Source of the DNA: Convolutriloba macropyga
Lineage: Eukaryota
DNA length: 64,000 nucleotides
NCBI RefSeq assembly: GCF_964194025.1
Contig: NC_134472.1
Span: 46,066,001 to 46,130,000 of the forward strand
Direction: 5' to 3'
Shown here: piece by piece, positions 1-11,981 of the stretch
Layout of the letters: every line of letters begins with the position of its first letter
Numbering within the stretch: position 1 is the first letter of the stretch
Translations under genes and position numbers: made by a program
The notes under the pieces: model-generated
Databases searched by the model: none
The model's input: the letters and a program-made list of their open reading frames with translations, nothing else
Told to the model about the DNA's origin: nothing

Positions 1-59
1 AATGAATGAGAAAAAATCCAGCATTAAAAAATTTTCAACGCAAACGAAATGTTTGCAAT

Positions 60-325
60 TGATTTAGCCTTTGAAAAAAGAATTTCATGCTTATTGCCAT
101 TCCATTTAAAAAATACAACTTCAATCTGTCCAAATCCGAATTTCGAAATGGTATTGCCCTTCAGGATGGTCTGGAGCCCCCAAACTTGCGTCCAACTAAG
201 TTTTCGGCGAGCCATTCACAATTGCCCAAATCCTTCATTGTCGGGTATACCCTTTTAAGATATAACGACATCCATGACTCTTTCACCTATCTGCTTGAGG
301 AAATTTGTTTTGATGCTGAAATGGT
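60..325 (+). mobile_element. Fragment of a CRE-type (restriction-like endonuclease) non-LTR retrotransposon ORF, decayed
   Basis: ORF 87..368 reads LIAIPFKKYNFNLSKSEFRNGIAL...RYNDIHDSFTYLLEEICFD. This resembles the post-RT segment WLxAxP..GFxL.K.EFRDALxLRY...RHNxIRD.xAxLL.EVC.DV of CRE-like elements. It is interrupted by the 3' end of the neighbouring LINE. Confidence 0.6.
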
Positions 326-3300
326 GACAAGACATAGACAAGACAATCTCCATGTACACACATTTTAAGGATCGTAAACTTCGGTGGAGAAATTTGTGTA
401 GAGTTATGTTATCTTCTTCTTTCTACTTGCGGCTGGTATAGAGTAGACACTTTTCGAACAATGAGGTTCGCAAGGTAGACGCTTTTTGTCCGGAAGTTGC
501 TCTCCTGTTTCTGTTTCGAGAGATTCCTGGTCTTGAAACGTCTTGTATCTTCCATTTTCGTGTTCTGGTCATGCTGTTCAGTAACTTGAATCAAAATTCG
601 ACGTCGAATTTTCTATCTGCCAATGACAATGTCCAGAAATAACAATAGAACGTAAAGATAATGATAGAGCCATAGAGGGAGAATACCTAGCCTCCGCAGT
701 CTGTCTTTGTATGTCAGTTGTCCGATGGATAAGATCCATTTCGTAGCTTTAATCTGGATTGCTTCAATTTTCTGCAGATCTGGTTTGTTTATTTGTTTTC
801 CAGAGAATTGAACCATGTTAGGGGACTGATACGATATAGCTGCGATATAAAATTTTCTTGGCTCGCCAGATTGTTCCTCGTGCAACGTTTCTTCAGATGG
901 TGAAGAAAGCTTTCGACGCTTTTTTGCATCGTTGGTTGGCGTTTGCTGTCCAGGTGAGATCCCTGTGGATCAAGATTCCAAGGTCCTTCTCCTTTTCTGG
1001 CTTTCTAAGCTCCCCACTTATTATAGCTTTTGTTTCCCCTTTTATATAGAGGACTTTGCATTTGCTGACGTTAAATTTCATCAAATTTTCAATGCACCAT
1101 TTCCAGACTTTCGCAGCATCGATTTGCAAGGTGATGTTGCAGACGCCAACAATTTTATAGTCGTCAGCATAGCCATAGCAATCAGACATTACGAATTGAA
1201 GCAGATCGTTGATGAAGCGAACGAAAAGAAGGGACCATAGTACTGAACCTTGTGGCAATGCACTTTGATCATCAAGCTCCTATTTGAACTCTTTGTTTCC
1301 GTCCCTGCAGGTAGCTTTCAATAAGCTCCAGAGCTCCTTCCATTATACCATAGTCGTGAAATTTCTCAGTTAAGTTCCTGTGGCAATCTTTATCAAAGGC
1401 TCTTGCAAAGTCCAGATAGATTGTTGAAAGAGTGTCTGCGTCCAGATTGTCAAAGAGTTCACTTAGATAGAGAATCATTTGAGTGAGTGTTGATTTTCGT
1501 TTCGTGAAGCCATGCTGTTCAGGACGTATAACACTCCCAACGGCGCTTTATAGTTTGTCGAAAATCAGGGACTCCAGACTTTAGAGAAACAAGCTAGGAG
1601 CGAAATGAGGCGATAATTGGAGATAGGTTGTTTGTCTCAGTCCTTGTAAAGTTTAATGATGTTGCTATTATTCCACTCGGCTGGAGACCTGCGCTTGTTT
1701 GTGATTATGTTGAAAACAAGCTTGAGAGAGACAGATAGCGGTCAAGCTGTTCGTTTGAGAGGCCGGTTTGCTAGTCCATCATGGCCTTTAGTTTCCCCGA
1801 GGAGCAGATTTTTGAGAGCATTTTCCACCTCCGTTTGTGTGAAATGCAGTCTGTCATTTTTCACCACGGCATATTGGTCGAATCTCTTTTGATAGCCCTC
1901 TTGAGTAAAAACTGTCTGGAAGAACTTGTTCTGCTTTCTGTAAGTCTGTAAGGGTTTTCTCTCCCTCCAGGTACATTTCGGACGGAAGCTGTGTAGATTT
2001 TTGGATGCTTTTACAATACTTCTGTATTTCATAGAATCTACCTTTTTTGAAGACTGATTCCTCATATGCTCGTTGATCATCATTCAACTGCTCAGTTACA
2101 AGATTTTGCAATAAAGTTTGTTTCGTCTGATGGGCTTCACTGGGCTGTCTTGGGATTACTTCTTCTGTGTACTTCTCCTTTTGATGATATTAGGTGTTTC
2201 CTTGCTCACCCATGGAGGAAGACTCAATCGATGTTTGGTTTTCTCTTCAAATATGTTAATTAGCCAATCATACCAATCATCTATCATCACATCCACATTA
2301 CTGTAACTATATGGCAAGATATGTTGGGCTTCAAGCTGAGCTTTGATGTGTTTACAATCCGCTTTGCTGTACAAAAAGATGCTGAAATCTCCTTTTTCTA
2401 TTTTGGATCTCCCCAATTTGAACAGGGCAAAAGCATTTAACTTCAATTGCAAGGGGTCTTGATTCGAATTTTTGTGTGTTCGTTTGATGTTGTTGTCCGC
2501 ACACACATTCAATAGAGCGTCGGCGTTGTTCGTAAGGACTACGTCCAAATGCTTTTTCTGTCCTTTTATAATTTGCTGGAAGTTGTGTTCGATCAGGTCT
2601 TCAATTAATGTTGCCCACAATTAAATTCACACTAGCTGCTGAGTGTAGAACAATCACGTCAATATTGGTAAGAAGGTCGGTGCTAGGACAATAGATGGAA
2701 AGACAACAGATCGAAAGCGAAAATTGGGACAATAGATCGAAAATTAAATTATTCAAGGTGAGTATTGGCCAATCAGATTTGAGCGCTCATTTATTATACA
2801 GCATATAACATGTTCTGTTGTGATATTTTGTTCGGTTGTGATAGTTTCATATCAAGTCCCACGGGCCGCTAAGGCATGGCCATGGCTCGCGAGGCATGGC
2901 CAAAATGTGGTAATTATATTGCAGCTCGCAAGTAAGGCTTAATCTCAACCAATAAGAACAGAGATTAATTTTCGATCTATTGTCCCAAATTTTCTGTTTG
3001 CGATCTGTTGTCCTTTCGATCTATTGTCCGGTCACCAAGAAGGTCAGACAGAGGAAGAGGTGGGTGTCGGTACTGTCTTCATAATGGAGCACTGTAGATA
3101 CAGGAATAATTTTTAAAATCACATGAAATACTATGGTATCCGAGAATTTGGGGTTCAGGCGTTTGTGCCTCAACTGCTTGTCGATCGCAATCAGCGCCGC
3201 ATCGTGTTCTGTTTGCCCATTATCTGATGGTCTGTTTTTTCTGTTATTAAAAAAATTGTCCATAAATAAAGAGTTTTTAGGTATTTCAGGTACAAGCCAC

Positions 3301-4400
3301 GTTTCAGTGAGACAGATGAATTTGTAGTAGTCTCATTTCTTAGAGCGTTTGCAAAATTCATTCTTCTTTGGATGCCCACTATACTTCTACAGAAGAAGAT
3401 GTGCAGAAGAAGATGGACTTCGTTAGCTTTTTCCTTGGGACCTGTGGATTTTCAATGGGTCGACGCTTTACCGCTTACTTCGATTTCCTTCCACTCGTCT
3501 TCTATTTTCTGCCTCAGCTTTAGTTCTTTCATTCTGAGGTCTTTCCGATTTCCCTCAGATTCAATTAGGTCTGTTCTTCGTGCCAGCAGTGGTCTCTCTT
3601 GCTTGGCTTCCTCTCGAGTTAGCGTTTTGCTGACAAAGAATTTCTTCTCGTGGCCTTTAGTTTGCTCAGCGATAACTGAAAAAGTCTTCAATGATACTTA
3701 TTTGCTTCAAAGAAGAGAATATTTCTGGTCTTATCCGCCTGGTACGCAGCCTTTTTTCTCAGTTCAGAAATTCTCAGTTCAGCACTCGATTGACAGAAAC
3801 GTGAGAATTTCCCTTATTACTGCCATGTTATTTTCGTTTCTTTCTCGGGCAAATTTGGAAATGCTTTCAGGCACTCCTTTAACTCTGATTCCCTCCGGTT
3901 GCGTAGGGGGAAGTGGCGTAGGCGGTGGCCTTGAAGGAGGTTGATTTGGAGGAGGCAATGTTGGGACGCTTCCCTTCTTTTCGTCGCTCACGTGTATCTA
4001 TGAGATGACTCGTTTGATTTCTGCGACCTCCGATTGGAGTTGCTTCAATTGTTTATCCCCTTTCGGCTGTTGCATATTCGAAGCAGTTTCTATAAGCCTA
4101 TGCTTCTGTATGCTTCTGACACATGCATGACAGAGTAGTAAAGCGTTATTCCCGAGCTTTCATGCAGTGCTCCTTTGCTGAGGTTTGTAAAGGCTTCAGT
4201 CAACTGAAATCGCAATCCACAGGTAACATAGTGGAATTCGGATTCATCTGCAGGAATATCGTGCTTTCATGTCTCTCAGAATCTCTGTCCAACTTCAGTT
4301 GCGTAATTTAATCGGGTGTTATGTCTTCGAAACATCTCAAGGAAGCCGGATTTCTCATTGCCTTACTGCCTTGAGCTGTCACTTTTTCAATCACAGTTTC
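325..4400 (-). mobile_element. Decayed LINE (APE endonuclease + RT, CR1/L2-group-like) with ORF1 (~4370-3452) and ORF2 (~3450-325)
   Basis: Minus-strand motifs occur in order: ICLTETWL (APE, ~3300), HLDVVLTN, YLDFARAFDK (~1400), PQGSVLWSLLF, GYADDYK, EKDLGILI..DLTW, IEAIQIKATKWIL..YKDRL..LGILPL, and a terminal DPxNVCTWRLSCLC. ORF1 pieces include GIRVKGVPES and FVSKTLTREE. Many stops and frameshifts. Confidence 0.9.
2679..3036. mobile_element. Mutator (MULE)-type MITE inserted into the LINE endonuclease region
   Basis: Imperfect TIRs of ~65-70 bp (GGTGCTAGGACAATAGAT... / ...ATCTATTGTCCGGTCACC) and an exact 9-bp TSD AAGAAGGTC at 2670-2678 and 3037-3045. Confidence 0.9.
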
Positions 4401-4443
4401 AATTAACAAAAACTCGAGAAAGAGTTTAATTTGAATTTCACAG

Positions 4444-4634
4444 TGCCCTGCTGACTTGAGCGGTCATTTATTCAATTACAGTTTCAGTCACACAATACAA
4501 CTTCACCTGAGTGGCACCTGTGCCCTGCTGACGTCAGCGGTCACTAGATACCTCTTCAGGCAGAGTTACGAGAAATTAGATAAAGCAAAACAAGAATCTG
4601 AGTGTTATCCATGCCCTGCTGACTTGAGCAGTCA
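4444..4634. repeat. Three spaced copies of a 23-bp motif TGCCCTGCTGAC(TTG/GTC)AGC(G/A)GTCA upstream of LINE ORF1
   Basis: Copies at 4444-4466, 4521-4543 and 4612-4634, separated by dissimilar spacers. Confidence 0.8.
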
Positions 4635-5260
4635 CTGGATAAAACTGAAAACTTGTCTGTTTACCTAAAATTTCATTACGATGGGTCGGTTTTGCAGGTT
4701 TTGTGAAGACCGGGAACTGACCGCTTGGGTGTTGACCACTTTCTTCTGAGTCGTCGTAGCTGACCAGGTTTCAACACTATCAGTAGGTCGCAAGGGGGCG
4801 GTGATTTCACTTCAGGGGTAACTGTTGAACTGCTAGATGATGATAGTTCCTTCAATTTCAGATTTCGACGACGCCTATTTGACAGCCTTTTCTTCTTCTT
4901 GCGACAGATGCTGTCTTTGTCCCCTTGATGTCCGAAATCGATTTCAAAGAGTTCACTAGTTGCTGACTAGTAAAGGGGTTGTTAAGGTTGTTGAGGTGAG
5001 CTTCTGAGGAATTGTTGATCGTGTCGTTCCAAATGATGAATTTAGTTGACGGATCTGCCCTTCGAATATGACAGAAGGTTGATTTCCTCTGGTTTCTAGG
5101 CCTTTCGTGAATGCAGTCCCGAGGGAACTCCGGTGGCGACGAATCCCTTCCCCTTGAGTCGGTTCTTGGCAAAGTCTGTCTGTGACTGGAGAGCACCAAA
5201 TAACGAAGGGCAGAAGCATCAGGGCCACCACGGCTACCCTCTTAACATCATCATCTAAAA

Positions 5261-5345
5261 AGACACTATTTAATAAGTTTCGTTGATTAAGACACTATTT
5301 AATAAGTTTCGTTGATTTAGACACTATCCAATAAGTTTCGTTTAT
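5261..5345. repeat. 29-bp minisatellite, ~3 copies
   Basis: AGACACTATTTAATAAGTTTCGTTGATT repeated in tandem. Confidence 0.85.
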
Positions 5346-6085
5346 CCGAATAAAAATAAGCTTTGCGCTACTCCGGAGCGCCGTACTCTGCCTGCGCGGT
5401 TCCTGCTCGCTCCGGCGACCGCAGCCGGTTGAGGTTTCCATGGGGGCTGTTGTCCAGGAAGGGAGGCTTTTAAGTTGATTCTCCTTTGTTTGATTTTTAT
5501 TTAGATGTATTACGTTTTGATAATTTTTATCTCATTTAAGTTGATTGCTGGTTTATAGCAAACCCTTCGCTTTATCCAACCTTCACTCATCTCCTTTTTA
5601 AAATCGTTCTTTTTCTTAGCTGCTACTGATAGAAATAATTTTTGCCACCATTTTTGTATATACTGTTCTTTAATCTTTAATATACTTCTGAATAAATTTG
5701 CAGGGAATGAAATCTACTGTAAGTAGTGAACTGTTAATATGTGATCTGTTAATGACTTTTAATTTCCTGCCCTCTGCAAAAAAATCAAATATTGCAATCA
5801 ATTAAATATCAATTATTGCCTTAAATTTAATTAGTGGTTATAGTGGTATATAACCTCTAATGTCATTTGAAGCCCCCCCCCCCTAAGTAGTTTTAGGTCA
5901 CCCTACCCCCCCCCCCCCCCGCCCCCCCCCCCCACTGAAGCAGGCTGCCATATATTCAAGATCTCACTAGTCGTTTGAGAGCAATTCGTCCGACGTTAGT
6001 TGGTTGTTTTTTCAGAAGCCAATGTAATTTTAAACTACCACAATGATAAGGCAACGCATTGCTGCTCTTTTTAATAATTTGACAG

Positions 6086-6646
6086 GGTACCTTTACGACG
6101 AAATACGGGAATTAGAGCTAGCTGCTGTAGTTTTACTTGAAGATGGCTTAAACTTTCGATCAATTCATCACAACCTCAGTTTAAGATCTCTGACATATTA
6201 CAGATTTTATAAGAAACGATATGTCCAATATTTTATCAACCTTTCTATCCTTGTATTGCTGTTAATGGTGTTCATTGAAATGCCGACAAGCTGGACGTTA
6301 TCAAGTGACCCGACGGTAGAAAATCACAACAAGTTCAAATTTGAGATGAAACGGGAATCTGCGGAGCTGTTGGAGATGATGCTTCTTATTTTCTTGACCT
6401 TAGATATGGTGATCGAGTACTACATACAAAGGGCAGGCTCGCGAAGACGGAAATATTGGCTGATGTTCCACCTATTGTTTGCAACACTATCATTCGCTGA
6501 GCTAATTGCAAATGAGTTGACTCCTAACTACAATCTGATGTATCGAAAAATGCTCAGGCCTTTTTTCTTAGTTCGGCGTTCAACTTTAATAAAGAAGATG
6601 ATAAAATGTTTAGTCAACTCTGTACAACAACTTGTCACAGTTTTGC
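6086..6646 (+). CDS. TPCN2: Two-pore channel 2, first recognisable coding exon (IS1-IS4 and S4-S5 linker)
   Basis: AAVVLLEDGLNFRSIHHN, FIEMPTSWTLSSDP and LRPFFLVRRSTLIKKMIKC match TPC2 (EDAIQYRSINHR, FIETPSSLTSTAD, LRPFFLLQNSSMMKKTLKC). Acceptor GACAG ends at 6085; donor GTGAGT at 6647, phase 1. The 5' boundary is less certain because an in-frame ATG lies at 6043. Confidence 0.9.
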
Positions 6647-6781
6647 GTGAGTAACAGTTTGCATCTTTTTGACCCCAACTGCTTTGAATATTTAAGGGCT
6701 AATTTGTTGAAACGTAAAAAAAGTTGCGAAACTTATATTTGCAACATGTTGGTCTTTTTGGCTGTTACAGGTTAATATTTT

Positions 6782-7145
6782 TTTATTGCTCTCGAGCGAA
6801 GTTTGAACTAATTATTGTAAACGTGCGTCTTGACCATTTTTGCGCTTTTGTTGAACATTCTTTGACTTTTCGAGTGACTTTTTCACGTTTCTCTTCTTCA
6901 TTTTTGATCGATCTCATTTGCTCTCTTCTCACAGTTTGTTGCTAAACGAAAAGCGTAGCACATGAAATAACAAGGGCCTGATTGCCGAGTGGCGAATGCT
7001 TCTGTCAGGTACTTCGGAGTTGGAGGGTTCGAATCCCATCAAGAGCGAATGCTTTTCCGCTCATAAATTAATTCAGGCTACAGCCCTTCAGTTAAATTGC
7101 CCCGCCGGTCGTTCGAGAGCAATTTGGTCAGACGTTAGTTGGCTT
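6782..7145 (+). mobile_element. Non-autonomous Helentron/DINE-1-like element, class B, with internal tRNA-derived module
   Basis: SubTIRs ATTGCTCTCGA (~6786) and TCGAGAGCAAT (~7113), followed by the degenerate family 3' hairpin. Internal A-box (6982-6992) and B-box GGTTCGAATCC (7026-7036). Confidence 0.65.
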
Positions 7146-7802
7146 AGGTTTGAAACTAGTACTACCAATTTTCTTTACTATTCAATCAGCTCTTAAATAC
7201 CCAGATTTTTTCAAAGGTCAATGTTCTGGAATATGTTAAATGCAATTGGCAGGGATCAATTTTTTTGGATTTTTCTAATAAAGCTTAGATGATGAAGCTG
7301 TTGCGAAAATACGTCTCTGGAGTGAAATAAAATTGATAGTAGGAAGCAACTGTTTAATCAACTCTGGGAATCTTTGGTAGCAATTAGCATATATTGAAAA
7401 TTTTCAATATTTGCGTCTATACCATTTAATGGACAAATCAAACAATGAGTTTATCTGAGAAACGTAGATGAACCTATAACATTTATGCTCGGTTATATCC
7501 GATTAGAAAACTTGGGGGTCTCATTCAATACTCTAGCATAAGCTTGCCCCTCATGGACAATAGTTGAGGATGATTTATTTGAAGCTCTCTGTGAGTCAAA
7601 AGAGAGCTTCAAATAAGAGCGAAACTGATCTTAGTCCAAATGACGTGAGCGTAAGGTTCCCCTGCGCTTTTCGCTGATGTTAACGGCGGTCTGTTTGAGA
7701 GCGTTTGTTTCTGTAGGTACTGCGCTGCCGGCGAAGACACACACTATTGGGTTGAATGTGCTGTGCTCTACGTCAATAACGCGATGGGTTCTTGTTTCTT
7801 GT

Positions 7803-8700
7803 TAATAGCCGCACAGCGATAGCTGGGGCTATTATTGGCCTTCTCTTGGTTTTTTTTACAATTCAAAGAATTTGAATTGTATTGGGTTGCTGTCTTTTTT
7901 TAAGATCTGTTCACACATTTTCATGATTTTTGAAGTCAAATTGGAGTGGTGATTTTGGTCACGCCGAAACAGGAAGTGGAGCGAAAAAGCAATTGGTTTT
8001 GCGGCGTGAATTTTTTTCACTCTAATTTCAAAGTAGAGTGAGAAAACGGTGTTTGACCAAAAATTCGCTTTCTCGCTAGTGGTTTTTTGTTCACATGCGG
8101 CAATTTCACTTTGATTTTTACTGTTTTTTTTATTTTTTGGATCGGATTTTTTTCTAAATGGTTTTTCCAATCCATTCATAGTTCATTCTAGGTCTAGTTT
8201 TTTGTTTAGTCAATGAAAATTCTTTGAATTGTACGTCAGGACTTGTCCTGTTATGTTTTTTTATTTCGTCGTCATGATTTTTGTCACGACCATATGACGT
8301 CCCAGCAACTTTTTGTTCATTCGTTCATGCAATTTCAACTGAATTGCATGTGTGACGTCATTTTTCGCTCTTAGTGGAGCGAGTTTTTTTTGTTCATTCG
8401 CGTGATTAAATTGTTGGTCACACTTGACTTACCTTACTCTCAAAAATGACTTCCTCACTTTGAAATTGACTTTTTTCTTTAATTCAAAGAGATAAGGTCA
8501 AATGGGCGTGTGTCACTCTAAATGAAGGTTATTTGAGACCAGCTAATAGAGGCAGCAATAACTTATACAGATTTTTAATCAAAATATAACAGATCAGCCT
8601 TCAATGAAAAGACAAATTTTTCTGGTCTGTCTTTTTTTGAGACTGCCGATCTACGAATCTATTGCGGCTATTTTCTGGCAATCTGCCAGCTATGTTTTTT
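7803..8700 (+). mobile_element. Full-length non-autonomous Helentron/DINE-1-like element, class A (~900 bp)
   Basis: 5' hairpin TAATAGCC..CAGC-GATA-GCTG..GGCTATTA; subTIRs AATAGCCGCA (7804-7813) / TGCGGCTATT (8663-8672); 3' hairpin CTGGCA-ATC-TGCCAG (8675-8689); T-rich flanks. Closely related copy at ~45050-46010. Confidence 0.8.
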
Positions 8701-8995
8701 TATAATAGACTCGTAAAATTTGTATGCATATCGCAAGATTTTCGGACAAGATTTTGCAAGCGAATTGGAGATCTTAACGTCGAAGAGTTCTGACAAAGAA
8801 ATTCTCCCTTAGATTCTCCCCTGTGGCTTTGACGACAAGTCTAGCATCGTTATCAGCAGTGGTTGAGTTACTCGGGAAGTTCTCGCCTTAGAGCGAATGA
8901 AGATAGGGCGAGAGTTGAAGATCGTGGAATATTTATTCTAGGTGGCTGGTAACTAAGAGACTTGTGTCTCTAATGTGTTTGCAACGCAAATGTAT

Positions 8996-10295
8996 AACCC
9001 ATCTTCTGCGCAATAAGGGCAGTAATCGCTGAAAATGTTATCGCTGGCACATTTGCTGGATGCGTTTTAACGTTCAATCCATTTCTCAGGCATGGGCTGT
9101 ATCTGACGAAATTTTGTTCATTCAGATCGAATTGGTATTTTACGATTCCATTCCGAAACTTTTTTGAATGGCGTATTATAAAATGTTAAATTTTACTCCT
9201 CAGATTCCTTTAAAGAGCGAAACTGTTTTATTGAATTGAACTGTCAATTGTTTTTTTTTTGAATTGAAATCTCGATACAGGTTGAAGAAATTAACGCTAT
9301 TTGATGACTTAGTTACGCTGTAATGCAAGTTCAGATGTTGCAGCTGAAGGGGAACTCTTTATTTTGTAAATTAGGTTTAACAATAGTAATTCAAAAATGT
9401 AAAACTCACGCATCCCCAATATTTCCAAACCCATCTTCTGCGCAATAAGGGCAGTAATCGCTGAAAATGTTATCGCTGGCACCTTTGCTGGATGCGTTTT
9501 AACGTTCAATCCATTTCTCAGGCATGGGCTGTATCTGACGAAATTTTGTTCATTCAGATCGAATTGGTATTTTACGATTCCATTCCGAAACTTTTTTTTT
9601 GAATGGCGTATTATAAAATGTTAAATTTTACTCCTCAGATTCCTTTAAAGAGCGAAACTGTTTTATTGAATTGAACTGTCAATTGTTTTTTTTTTGAATT
9701 GAAATCTCGATACAGGTTGAAGGAATTAACGCTATTTGATGACTTAGTTACGCTGTAATGCAAGTTCAGATGTTGCAGCTGAAGGGGAACTCTTTATTTT
9801 GTAAATTAGGTTTAACAATAGTAATTCAAAAATGTAAAATTCACGCATCCCCAATATTTCCAAACCCATCTTCTGCGCAATAAGGGCAGTAATCGCTGAA
9901 AATGTTATCGCTGGCACATTTGCTGGATGCGTTTTAACGTTCAATCCATTTCTCAGGCATGGGCTGTATCTGACGAAATTTTGTTCATTCAGATCGAATT
10001 GGTATTTTACGATTCCATTCCGAAACTTTTTTGAATGGCGTATTATAAAATGTTAAATTTTACTCCTCAGATTCCTTTAAAGAGCGAAACTGTTTTATTG
10101 AATTGAACTGTCAATTGTTTTTTTTTGAATTGAAATCTCGATACAGGTTGAAGAAATTAACGCTATTTGATGACTTAGTTACGCTGTAATGCAAGTTCAG
10201 ATGTTGCAGCTGAAGGGGAACTCTTTATTTTGTAAATTAGGTTTAACAATAGTAATTCAAAAATGTAAAACTCACGCATCCCCAATATTTCCAAA
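8996..10295. repeat. Tandem triplication of a ~432-435-bp unit in a TPC2 intron
   Basis: ATCTTCTGCGCAATAAGGG starts at 9001, 9433 and 9868. Units are almost identical apart from poly-T lengths and a few substitutions. Confidence 0.97.
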
Positions 10296-10537
10296 AAATG
10301 AGATGGTATTATTGATAACTGCTAATACCTTTAGTGTTAAACCGAGATAACATAATCTACCACTAATTTGTGTTTATTGTTTTGTTGGTTTTATGGATCA
10401 TACACCGTGCATATATACGCAATCATACGCATTAAAACTTACGTGTCTGTCGTAACAATTTGCCTGACTTGAATGTTTGTCTACCAATTATAGTGTCTAC
10501 CAATTATTAATTGTTCAATGATTTAATGCTGTTTCAG

Positions 10538-11046
10538 TGATGCTGGTCGTCACGCTCATAGCTTTCACAATCATGGCTCTTCTCCTCTTCGGCCACGCGA
10601 GCACATTGGATTCCAAGGACAAAAATGCCGTGAATGAGGGAAGCCAAGTGTTCCCTAATTTTGTCACAGGAATGGAGAACCTACTTGTTCTTGCGACCAC
10701 TGCCAACAACCCAACTGTCATGATGCCTGCGTTTGCGCAGAACCGACTCTACGCTCTGTTCTTCATGTTTTATCTACTGATCTCTTTAGTTTTTACCAAT
10801 ATTTTGATAGCAATCTTGTATCACCATTTCAACACGTTCTTCCGAAACAGCGTTGGGAGTTCAATTTTAAGGCGCCGTGTTGCGTTCAGAGCGTGTTTTT
10901 CGTGTCTTCAGGAGTTGGAAACCAAGGTTTCGAACTTTTCAATGGACCCGGATGATGTGATATCTGTTGAAATCCAGCCTGACGACGCTGAGCAGAAAGT
11001 GCACTCTTCGAAAATTGAGAATTGCATAAGAAGCTGTAAGATGAGG
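10538..11046 (+). CDS. TPCN2: TPC2 exon (IS5, pore filter I, IS6)
   Basis: LLVLATTANNPTVMMPAF..NRLYALFF and SSILRRRVAFRACF. TTTCAG acceptor (phase 1 fits the previous exon); donor GTAAGC at 11047, phase 0. Confidence 0.93.
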
Positions 11047-11981
11047 GTAAGCTGCTCCTAAATACTGAAGGGTTCTCATTATGTTTCACTTCATGTTAAT
11101 CATCATATTACTGAGTTGCGATATGAAGACCATAAAGTACTTAATGGTGAGAGCCCAAAAACAACAGTAAATTGTTTTCTTTTTGTTTGGATCGGATTTG
11201 ACACTATAGCATAATCTCAAGTTACAAATGTAAGATCAGACTCCTTATTAGTTGCGAAATTTGAAGCATTTATTGTAAGCGCGTCTTTTCATGCAACATT
11301 TTTGCCTGAAGGTTATGACCCTTCGCGTGACTTTTTGCCCTTGACGTTTTGCATGGTCTAAATTTCTCTCAATTTTAAGCAGCTAAACTCAAGAAGTGGG
11401 GCAGTTAACTACGAGAAGTGTCATTTTTTCACTTTAAGTCTTAGTGGTTTATAATATAACCTCAACTATGTCATTTGAAGCACCTTCGTGAACTGCCTAG
11501 CCCGCCCCCTCATCCAGGCTACCTCCCCGCCCCGAGTAAAGCGAAGCGGGCTGCAACAGATAAGAGTTCCCACCAGTCGTTCGAGAGGCAGTCTTCCGAC
11601 GCTAGTCTTGCTCTAAATTTCAGAGAGTACCTACCCCGAACGGGCCCATAGTAATTGCTCTTAAACGATGTTTGTAGCGATTATATTAGGTTGTAGCGGT
11701 AGAGAGCAACTACCCCGAACTGACCCATGGTAATTGCTCTTAAACGATGTTTGTAGCGATTATATTGGTCCTTATCTCATGCAATTATCGTATTACCTTT
11801 TTGCCTTATAGTTTTTTATCTGGCCATTGGACTTTTCGTCTTCAAAACGAGATAAACAGGTTAAGTCCGGAGAGTAAAAATAATAATAAATTGTTGCCAG
11901 AGATCCAAAGAAAAAATCTAAATTATGTATAGTTACATCGAGACAATACGGGAGAAGCACTATTAGGCCATGAAGGCCTTT

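Noticed and set aside
4444-4634. CRISPR-like repeat-spacer appearance
   Set aside because: Only three imperfect repeats, spacers too long and unequal, no cas genes, and a eukaryotic LINE context.
6974-7048. Functional tRNA gene
   Set aside because: A and B boxes are present but the acceptor and anticodon stems do not pair well, and it lies inside a dispersed repeat.
9309-9944. Duplicated 66-aa minus-strand ORFs
   Set aside because: By-product of the 435-bp intronic tandem repeat; no recognisable protein features.
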